Part shown: positions 54,021-64,000 of the stretch, piece by piece
How positions within the stretch are numbered: the first letter of the stretch is position 1
Layout: each line of letters begins with the position of its first letter
NCBI RefSeq assembly: GCF_009914755.1
Contig: NC_060927.1
Source of the DNA: the human T2T-CHM13v2.0 reference genome, Homo sapiens
Length of the DNA: 64,000 nt
Strand: one strand, 5' to 3'
Position numbers and translations under genes: made by a program
The notes under the pieces: model-generated
The model's database searches: none
What the model was told of the DNA's origin: nothing
Seen by the model: only the letters and a program-made list of their open reading frames with translations

Positions 54021-54397
54021 TGTATTAGTCCATTGTCACGCTATGAAGAAATACTCAAGATTGGGTAATTTATAAAGCAAAGAGGTTTAATTGACTCACA
54101 ATTCAGCATGGCTGGGGAGGCCTCAGGAAACTTACAAACATGGCAGAAGGCAAAGGAAAAATAGGTACCTTCTTCACAGGACGGCTGGATGGAGTGAGTG
54201 CAAGCAGGGGAAATGCCAGACACTTATAAAACCATCAGATCTCCTGAGACTCACTCACTATCATGAGAAGAGCACGGGAGAACCACCCCCAACACCAATC
54301 CAATTACCTCCACCTGGTGCCACCCTTGACACATGGGGATAATGGGGATTACAATTCAAGATGAGATTTTGGGCAGGGACACAGCCAAACCATGTTA
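54021..54397 (-). mobile_element. THE1 (THE1D-like) MaLR solo LTR
   Basis: tgtattagtccat...gaggtttaattgactcac...ggggaggcctcaggaaacttac...acacagccaaaccatgtta; exact 5-bp TSD gaagc (54016-54020 / 54398-54402). Confidence 0.93.
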
Positions 54398-54964
54398 GAA
54401 GCCATGTTAACACTTTTGACCTAGGTAGAGGCCTTCATTAAAATAAATGTATAACAACAGAAGTGTTCACAAAACACAGTTAATATCATTTGATTTTTTT
54501 TTTTTTTGCTGTAGATATGAGCAAGCAACAATAGTTCTTTATTTGTAAAACAAAATTCTTAACTTGGAAACCATATTTTACTCTTTAAAAATCCAGAATA
54601 TCCAGCATAGTGTCAGACATATAGTAGGCACTCCTCAAAATATAATAAATAAAATTTTAGCAAATCTAGAATACAAATATGAAGAACTGTTGTCTCCCTT
54701 ATTAGAATATGGGCTTCTCAAAAATAATGGCCTTGATTTCTAATTTGTCTTGTCTATACATATTAAAGTGTTCATTTCCAATAAATAACTGGGTAAAGTT
54801 CAAAGGAAATGATTTTCTAATTATATTTAGGTATATTTTAAATTAAAATCTTTAAAAGCAAAAGTCAAATAGAAAAATCAAAGGTATACATAATAAAAAA
54901 CTAAAATCCCGATATAATACAATTTAAATAGCTCAGAGAGTTTTGTAGACATTTCCAAAGTTTT

Positions 54965-56480
54965 GCATTCATTTATTCATTAAGAAAATTACTTACTGAG
55001 TTGCTCTTATAAATTAAGAATTGAAAGATGAAGGACAAATTCCCTGAACTTAAATAGCCTACAATGTAGTACAGGTAAATTAATAAAACATAATTTATAC
55101 AAAAAAGCTAAATTTATGATACATTGAGACCTTGGTGACAGTTGCCTATGAGTCTGACTTGTTGGGGAGGTGGAAGTCAGAAAAGCCTTCAGAGAAGAGA
55201 TGAATAATACATAAGTTAAGATTTACCAGCAAAACTGAGCTTCTGGGAGCAGGAATCCTTCTTTTATTTACTTCTGATAATTATATCTAATACAATGTTG
55301 AGCACACAACATTGTATTGTGTGCACCAAATAAATATTAAATAAAATTCTAATGAATCTACAACACATATTTAGAAAGAAAATACAGATATAAGCCTATA
55401 GACAGATATATTAGAACAATAGAGAGATCTAAAATAAGAGCAACTTTAGTGAAAAGACGAAAAATGGCTTCATTTTGGAAGCCATATATATGGCATTGGA
55501 CATAGAATAGGAAGACAGAAAAAAGAGCTTATGCCATTACAAAGGTGAATGACAGAGCATGGCTTCTTTGAAAGGTACATGAAACTCAATCTTTTGAGAG
55601 TTCAAAATATATATAGGAAGGAGTTGATGCCAAACAGAGGTGAGTGACAGATGAAGAAGATCTTTAAAGAAAGTGAATGGAAAGGAGAAAAGACTAGAAT
55701 GAGGAAGACTGGAAACAAGGTACTAAAATGGTCTAGACAATTGACGATGTGTTTCTAAGTGAAGATGGTGGTGGCAAAGGGTCAGAAGAGAAGCAATAAA
55801 TTCTTATGGGTAGGATCAACATGACCTGGTGATTGACTGGATGTAATAAATAGGGGAGAATAAGTCTCATATTATCCCCAGGTTTCTCATTAAAGCAACC
55901 AGGTGTGGTTACTAACTGAGATTGCGAGTGTGAAAGAAATGTCAGGTTTGAGAAGGATGGTGCTAAATTTATTTTAAATTTGTTAAACTTGAAGCAAGTT
56001 CCAGTTACAGAATTCCAACTATTGGTTGGATATATAGATTTAGAGTTAAAGATAGAAATCTAACATGGAGACAAAAATTGGGTGTCATGGGAATTTATGT
56101 AGTCATTGACACCCTAGAGAAAGTTGAGCTTGATTAAAGTGAAAAAGAGACTAAAAAGAAAAACAGGGCTGAAGAGAAATCCTGCATAACATGAGCCTTT
56201 TATGGGCTACAGAAGAATATGAACTGATGAATGAAATTGAGAAGCAACAGCCAGAAAAATAGAAAGAAAAACTAGAGGTGTGGTGTAACGGAATCCTCAG
56301 TAATATTGTAAAAGAAAGATAGTAATGGCAATTACCACGGGAAGTAGGGAAAGATGAAGATGGTGGACTGTGTGGCAAGTAGGACATTATAGTTAATCAT
56401 AATCTCAGCTTCTGTGAAAAAAGGAGAAACGGCTACATTTTTGGGCACTAAAGATTAAACAGAAACTGAGGAAGTAAACA
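54965..56480 (-). mobile_element. Fragmented L2 remnants
   Basis: cattcatttattcatt...ttactgag; atgacctggtgattgactggatg; gagaagcaacagccagaaaaatag; purine-rich antisense L2 signature. Confidence 0.6.
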
Positions 56481-58194
56481 GACAATACACAGTGACCTTT
56501 TTTTTTCTATAATCTTAACAGTAAAGGAAAAGTTAAATCCTGGACAAATTATTCAATACAACCTAGGTACAACACTGATGATAACTTTCTCCTTGCCAAA
56601 AAAATAAACCGCGTAATTTCATGGATGCACAAGCTGTAAGTGTGTTGTAGACCATTATTTGTGGCATATTCATAAAAATTATATAAAACATATGTAGATC
56701 AACCAAATGAAAGTTTACATTTTAAAGTTATATAATACATAATATACAATGCAAAGTTAGATAAATAATATAAAACTGCATCTCCTTGTCTAAAGCTCTC
56801 ACACAATACATTTATTTCTAATTGATTTCATGCCTTAGAGTAAAGGAGTAAAAAAACAGTCACCATTACTATTAAAGTAAAATAGAAATAAAGGTCTAAT
56901 ATATTACCTTTAGTATATTAGATATTAGATATTTAGGAAAGCTCAAATAAGCAATTTTGAGAATTCAAGACAAATCTGGATTTTTCCTCTGTTTTTAACT
57001 TAAGTTTTCCAAACATGTCACTGGGGTGGCTTCATGTTTAGGATTTTTACATTGAGGATAATGTTATACAATTAAAACTAAACATTTAAATTATATGTTA
57101 ATATTCACTTATTTGGATGTTGATGGGCTAAGGGATTTCTATTTACAAAAAAAAGCAACCCTTACATTTGTTAAACTGCATCTGGAAAATATGATTTTGC
57201 CAATATTAGAACCCATCTGACCTTTTTGAACTGGCTTTAAATCTTTGGGGAATTTCATTTGTTTATCCTCAGAATAATATGACTTCCTGTGTTAAGAACA
57301 GAGCTTCTAAACAGCCAAAAGTCTTCTTGGATATCAGGTAGTTAGTTTCATAAGCAATATTTCAGAGGCTGTCCATGAATTAATTATAAACACATGAATT
57401 TTATTTTCTCCAATGGACAAACTGTTTTCTGTTTTGTTTTAATAGAAAATATTAGCAAAATACAGTTCAAATTTTGCTATACATAACAATCTGAATTAAA
57501 GTTGTAGAAACAGAACACATGTATCTTCTCTCTACTTGAAAATAGAATGTAATTTGTACTGAATACTTGGGGTGTGCTGTAACTTCAATCATATGTTAGG
57601 ACTACCCAGTGTTCTTATAGCACCAAATATTTAGTGAATTCTCTAGGCTTGTGGCATTTGAGGATTTAACTCTGAGTTTCTACTTTTTTTACTAACCTGA
57701 AAGATCAATGACATGCTGTAATTATTAGTTTTTCTAAGGTACAAATACAAGTCAAGAAACAAATTCCTTGTATCTACATTTCAATGTAACTTTGTGGTTT
57801 TTCTACCCATCTTGTGTTAATAGCATTCATTTATTAACATTCATTAACATTAGTCTTTTGACAAAAATGTCCACAAGAAAAGATAGAAGTGTCAGTTAAA
57901 AAAAAGAAAAGAAAAGAAATAATTAAATTGTTTATGAGAAAACACACAGGAAACACATGACTTAACAAAAAGAGATGGAAAAGCTGGGAACTTCTACAAA
58001 AACTTCCACATTTGCAAATTTGGAAACAGATGTTCTTAGAAAGAGCTGCTCTTGAAAGCCTGTGGTCTTAAATTCAGTATCTTCACTGCAAATAACTAAA
58101 TGATGCTGGACTTATAAAACAGAAGAGATGAATTTTTAAAAGACTGCCATTTAAAATTGTTTCACTTACTAGTAGATAATAACACTAAAAAAAT

Positions 58195-58395
58195 AGCTAC
58201 TATTTGTTAGATGCTTACTGTGTGCCCACTGTGTTAGTACTTCATGCAGTCCATTAAATAACCCAACAAGATAGCCTATAATTTTCCTCATTATACACCC
58301 AGGAAGACTGAGGCTCAAAGAAGTTATATAACCTCCTGAGGAAACCAAGTTATGATTATACAAGCTCATCAGCAAGCTCTGTTGGACTTTAGTTT
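58195..58395 (-). mobile_element. MIR SINE
   Basis: tgcttactgtgtgcc...ctcattatacacccaggaagactgaggctcaaagaagtta. Confidence 0.75.
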
Positions 58396-58511
58396 GCTTT
58401 TTTGAGTGTTACTATGAAAATACATATTTCAGACATGGGCTATTGATTGCCTCTGGTAAGCTCATTTATTAGATTCTATGCAAAACATATATAAGGTGGA
58501 TGGAGGGCTTA

Positions 58512-58738
58512 ATATTGTAGGTTAAGTGAGTGGGCTCTGGAAACATGAGTGCCTGAGCTCAAACCCTGGAAAGGCCTCTTACTAGTTAGCTCATTTCAGA
58601 CATGTTACTTATAATCTATGGTCCCAGTTTTCTCATTTATAAGATGTGTATAATAATAATACCTACCTAAGAGAATAGATATGTATAAAGCACTTAAAGC
58701 AGTGCATGACACTTAGGGCTAAATTATGTTGGCTATTA
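58512..58738 (+). mobile_element. MIR SINE
   Basis: ggttaagtgagtgggctctgg...cagttttctcatttataagatg...aataataacctaccta...aaagcactta. Confidence 0.78.
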
Positions 58739-58947
58739 TTCCAGTAAGCATACCTCCATCGCTATCATAACTGCCTTTTGTTATCTAACTATTTATGTTA
58801 TGTTTTTCCTCCCTCTCCCCAGAATTTAGTCAATTCAGTAAGACATAATAACCAACAAGCTGATAACTATCCTGTTAGGTCAAGGACATTATAGACAAAA
58901 ATATGCTTTTAAAAGTTTCAAGTATAGTTCTGACTACTTATTTCCCA

Positions 58948-59103
58948 CAAATTTTTTTTACTATTCATGGTAATATTTATTTTGGAAATTCATTGTGGAA
59001 TTATATATGCAAATAAGCTTTAAGAAAATATGACAGTTATTTTTTGCAAATGTAATATGATATGATATGATATTCAACCTGAGAAGAGCTAGAAACAAAT
59101 CTT
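58948..59103 (+). repeat. ~150-bp local duplication, source copy
   Basis: Near-identical to 60264-60414 (e.g. ggaattatatatgcaaataagctttaag; gatattcaacctgagaagagctagaaacaaatctt). Confidence 0.95.
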
Positions 59104-60182
59104 CAAGTTCCGCAAAAGAAGAGTTACTCAAAATGATACAGTCTGAATTAAGCAATCTGAATTCTTTTAAAAATGGCATTTAACTAGCAGACAGAAAGAC
59201 AAGAAAGCTGAATCAACTTAGAAACTTCCTATATTTTGCAGCAATGGTGGTGTGATCCTTTAAGTAAAGGGAGATCAGTTTGATGTCATTTTGAGCTCAT
59301 TGTGCATTGGAGCATAAAAGGAAGAGGTGGGTGGGAGCAAAGTTGAGCTAGAAGTCAACTGGAATGAGACACAGCAGGAGACGAATGGAGCAGTCAGACA
59401 GATGGGTGGATGAAAAGAAGGGAGCACACAGGAAGGTGTTCAGTGATGACGCAGCTAAGAAGGTGGAAAAGGTTATGATATGACCCAATTACCACAAATA
59501 ACCAAAAAAATAATACCTATAAGGATAGGATGCAAAGAAAAGATTAAAGCCTCATTCGAAATGTTTTCTGGAATTCCTTTTGCGGTTCTGCTCAGATTAA
59601 GTTATCTAACTATAATGTACTCAATTTATCTGACAACTATTACATTTTCTTATTTTATTATACATTCAGTACCCTAAATATATAATAACTGTTATTCCAA
59701 GGTACTTATGACTCCAAGTTTAAGACTTCTGTTTTGTTTTAAGATTTTGTAATAAAAGGAGAATGCCAATTGATGAAAACATAGTCTTAAAAAATAATAA
59801 TTACATAGCTAAACCTCCCTATCCAGTTCATATATTTATTGTTGCACTTATAATTTATTACTTTTTTGTAAGTGTGTTTCCCATACTAGACAATGAGATT
59901 TCTTGAGGGAAAATATATTTTATTATTTGGAATATGTAGCACGGGACCTGGCATGGAGCAGCATTCAAAATATTGGGTAGAAGGAAAAAGGAAGAAAGAA
60001 GGGAAGGACAGGGAAGCAAGGAAATAAAGGAAATCAGGTACGTATAAACAAGAGAAAATAAATGGTGCTATCACAACTTGCTTCTGCATTCTATCTTAAG
60101 CAATAATTTTGTGGGATAGGGTTCCATTGGATTTAGTGTTCCATGAGGGGTCAAATAAGAAAAATAGTGTCTTGCATATATA

Positions 60183-60515
60183 TAGCACTTTATAATTTAT
60201 TCTTTCATATTCATTATTTGTTTGATCTTCACAGTAACTTCATGAGACAGATTTTTTTTCTGTCAAATATTTTTTACTATTTATGGTAATATTTATTTTG
60301 GAAATTCATTATGGAATTATATATGCAAATAAGCTTTAAGTAAACCTGACAGTTATTTTGTGTGAATGTAATATGATATGATATTCAACCTGAGAAGAGC
60401 TAGAAACAAATCTTACAAAAGAATAACCTGATTCCCAGAGTATTTAAATGACTTTCCCAAGTGTATTTAGATAATAAATAGCAGAGCTTGAATCAAACTA
60501 AACATTTTCAAGTCC
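60183..60515 (-). mobile_element. MIR SINE split by the duplicated segment
   Basis: Left tttgatcttcacagtaacttcatgagacag; right ttacaaaagaataacctgattcccagag...aaatgactttcccaag...aataaatagcagagc. Confidence 0.7.
60264..60414 (+). repeat. ~150-bp local duplication, derived copy
   Basis: Direct-orientation copy of 58948-59103, ~1.3 kb downstream. Confidence 0.95.
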
Positions 60516-60649
60516 ATAAATTTCTTAGGAATATAGTTTAAGTTACATTTTATTAAATCAATTGCACACAGTAGTATGCATTCCTCAAGAAGAGGCTCAA
60601 AGTTTGTTTTATATATACCAAGGAACAACAACAACAATAACAACAATAA

Positions 60650-60850
60650 TATAACTAACATATATTGACTGCTTCCTACTTGGAGACACTGTTCTAAGAG
60701 TTGATGTGTGTTCATCTATTTAATCTTTATAACAACCCTATTTTTAAAAGTACTATTATTATGCTTATTTTATATACGAGAAAAATGAGGCGCTGAAAAC
60801 TGAAGTAACTTATCCAAATTCATACAGTAATGGTAAAGCTAAGATCTAGC
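60650..60850 (-). mobile_element. MIR SINE
   Basis: atttaatctttataacaaccctat...tactattattatgcttattttatatacgagaaaaatgaggcgc...aagtaacttatccaa. Confidence 0.8.
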
Positions 60851-61292
60851 CATTATTATCTTCTAATAAAATATCTCTGTCCTTATTACAGTATAAAGTA
60901 TGCACTTAAAATATGAGAAATTATAGTTAACTCATAATGTCTTCCTGGAAACTTTATACCAGTCTCTGAAGCCAATTAGTTGTATTTTTTGGCAAAGTAC
61001 TAACCCTGTTTTTTCTGCTTCTTTCCCATGAAATAAGGCTATATATACAGTGATGCCCATCTACCCCTGAGATCTAAAAATCTAAGATGAAAACGAGCAC
61101 ACAGTCTTGGCAGCATTGGGGTAACAGACTATGAAAGAAGAAATCAGATTGGAAAATTCAGTATATCAATGAAGAAAATAATCACTCAAGGAGAGGAATA
61201 AACAGCAAAACAATCTATATATTTAATTATAGATACAATTGTTTCAATGCTGATTATTCATCCTTATATAACTGTCTACAGCTATTTAGGGT

Positions 61293-61770
61293 TGTCTTCA
61301 TCCATTTTGTGTTGCCATTGCAGAATACGTGAAACTGGGTAATTTGTAAAGAAAAGAGATTTTTTAACTTATGGGTTCTGCAGGATGGGAAGTTCAAGAA
61401 ACATGACACCAGCATCTGCTTGGTTTCTGTTGAGGACTTTCATGCTTATATCACAACATGGCAGAAGGTTAAAGGGGGAGTAGACATGTGCAAATAGGCA
61501 AAACCTGAGGGGCATCTTGGCTTTATAACAACCCACTCTTGGAGGACTAATTCATTCTTGAGAGAACTAATCTGGTCTTGCCAGAGAAAAAATTCACTCA
61601 CTGCCTACTGTGAGAATAGCACTAAGCCATCCATGAGAGTGGAGCCCCATCACTCAAACACCTCCCATTAGGCTCTACAGCTTACAGATTATACCTCCTA
61701 ACATTGCCACAGTGGGAAACAAATTTCAAGATGAGATTTGGTGGGGACAGACCATATCTAAACAAAGAGT
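61293..61770 (-). mobile_element. MSTB/MSTC-type MaLR solo LTR
   Basis: tccattttgtgttgcc...aactgggtaatttgtaaagaaaagag...aaacacctcccattaggc...atttcaagatgagatttggtggggaca. Confidence 0.88.
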
Positions 61771-62895
61771 AAACAAGGGTAAACAACTTTTGAGAACATA
61801 CTTGTGATCCTTTATTTCAACCCAGAATGATGCCAGAATTTTGGAGATGGGGCTCAGAGCAAATCAGTAAGTTACAATTCTCAAGTTTCACAGGGAAGTG
61901 GGAGTGAGAGACACATCATGGAGGACCACGCGACTCTCAGTTACACTGGGTGAATTGTCTTCATTGAATTCCCGCACCATGCAGACTCATTTAACGGTAG
62001 TTCTTCCAAAGCTGCTTTTCTGCTTTGCTTTTGGAATACTACTTTATCTAAATTTTCATCTACCCTTCCAATTCCTATGCTTCTTGTGTTGATTTCTCTT
62101 TTCCGACTTCTCAGATTTTTAATCTCATTTTTAAACATGAGAATTCTCTGAGGTCTATTTCTTGACCCTTTGTCCTCTTTTTAACTATCCCTTGGGAAAC
62201 TTGCACAATCTAAATGACTAACTAGAACTTATGAGATTATGAGCCAGATCTCTCCCTGCTTATGAGCCCATTTCAATTAGATGTCTCAGCATCATTGTAA
62301 GTTAAAATGCATAAAATCCAAAACAATAAATTTTTCTCAAACCAATGTTATATCTGAAATGGTTATTTCAATGACTTTAATGACTTTCAATAACTTCAAT
62401 GACCTTAGCTTCTTTCTGTTCTTTCCACAAGCTAGTGCTTTAATTTTTTAAGAATAAACTTAACAGATGAAATGATAAAGACATAATTTTTATGTTGTGT
62501 TATACTCTTGATGGAAATATTTCCAAATCTTTTGAATGAAGAGCTTTGAAGAAAAACCTGATCTTACTTTATCCAAAAATTCTTTTAAAAATAAGGGTTT
62601 AAAAATTACTAAAGAAAAAGAGTAATTGGAAAAGCAATTTGTACTTTCTCTCCTGAGTTAATCTCCATTTTCTCTATATCCATGATGACAGTAAAATATA
62701 ATTAAGAAGAATACATGTTCTATTGATCAAAAACCACTTTTGGAAAATACTGAAATTACACATCTATTGCGCTCGCTCTCTCTCTCCCTCTGGCTAGCTT
62801 ATCCCAACTGTTGTGTCACATGTTTTCGAAGTTACTATGATTATTTAACAATGTTGCAGCTAAAATGATGGACATAAAATCAACACTATAAAATA

Positions 62896-63030
62896 TAGTC
62901 CCAGCTACTCAGGAGGCTGAGGTGAGAGGTTCACTTGAGCCCAGGAGAGTGAGGCTGCAGTGAGCCATGATAGTGCCACTCCACTCCAGCCTGGGTTAGA
63001 GTAAGACCCTATCTCAATCAATCAATAAAA
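62896..63030 (+). mobile_element. Alu right monomer only (5'-truncated AluJ or FRAM)
   Basis: tagtcccagctactcaggaggctgaggtgagagg...gaggctgcagtgagccatgat...accctatctc, (AATC)n tail; ataaaata repeated on both flanks. Confidence 0.9.
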
Positions 63031-64000
63031 TAGTTTGAATAGTGTTTATTTTCTCAATTCTTGTTAAATAGCTGACATCAGATTGAGCTCTGAAACCCAA
63101 AACTCCTGGAGTAGTGAAGCGCTCTCCTTGACGGGAATCAGATATTAGTTCTTGATACGCCACAAGCAATCTGGATGACTTAAAAAAATGCTAAATTCAA
63201 CGAGTTTCAGTGTTCTTACCTGAAAATTGGGGTATTGGGCCAAACGACTCATACACTTACTAATTCTAATTATTAATTCTAATTCTAGGATGTTCTGCTT
63301 CTTCATCTTGTTCTCAGACCTTGTTCTCTGTTCTCTCACTCAAACAGAACAGAGTACCAATAAAATAGGTAAAAGTTGATTTGAAAAGCATTTTTAAAAG
63401 CTTCAAATTGGAATTATAAATATAAAGGTATTTGGTGTCCCTCCAGAAGAGAATTTAGAAAGATCACATAAAATACATTGTTATCTTTAGACTTGTGAGA
63501 TTGGCCCCAGCTACTTTTAGAACTGTTCTTGAGTACTCAGTAGGGGGAAAGTACTTTTGTATATTTTAAAGTTTGTCATCAACTTCAGGATATATTCAGT
63601 TATGGTGTCATGTCTCATTTCAAGTGGAAAAACAAAGGTAAAAAGCCTAGTGGCACAATAGCATTTAAAAGCTGATAATAGTGTTTCTGCCTGATTTGGT
63701 GTAATTACCCAGATTGAACATGCTCAGCTTCAGAATTATAGGCAACCATTAATTATCTGTTCCCTATCCCAAAGTGTATATACTTTTCCTGAGCTTTTAG
63801 GGTTAGAAGTCAAAAGGAAATACAGCAGTTGGTTTTATTTAAACTTTAGTTTGTGGTATATTTTACAAGACTTTTGAGAGAAAAGCAATTTGTAATACAG
63901 GACTACTAACTTGCCTAGTGTTGGATAAAAGAAATATATATGCCAGCTTAACTCACTAACTATATGGACTTCAACAATGTCTGCAAATGAGAATTTTTAT

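Noticed and set aside
59079-59183. Short frames open on both strands (KEELLKMIQSELSNL on plus; 72-aa ORF on minus)
   Set aside because: No convincing splice sites or recognisable homology; within chance expectation.

Overview
AT-rich, CpG-poor, repeat-dense primate genomic DNA (L1PA, AluJ/AluS, THE1/MST/MLT, MER34-type LTR, MIR, L2; probably hominoid), typical of a gene desert or very large intron. I find no intact host protein-coding gene, RNA gene or CpG island. The dominant feature is a full-length (~6.13 kb), inactivated L1PA3/L1PA4-type LINE-1 (8470-14600, +) with a 14-bp TSD. It retains the 129-bp ZNF93-target segment in its 5' UTR and has a truncated ORF0. Nearly all ORFs in the track are L1/Alu/LTR translations or chance ORFs. 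I cannot support a new biological system here. The best leads are structural: (1) a ~150-bp local templated copy that splits a MIR (58948-59103 copied to 60264-60414); (2) a possible unrecognised retrocopy at ~48170-51570, interrupted by a doubly truncated MaLR fragment flanked by a 6-bp direct repeat; (3) an L1 insertion that appears to have deleted part of its L2 target; (4) an ancient diverged duplication near 16 kb; (5) two repeat-poor islands with CTCF, E-box and homeodomain motifs. Repeat subfamily calls come from recalled consensus sequences and need RepeatMasker/Dfam confirmation. Boundaries without a stated TSD are approximate.
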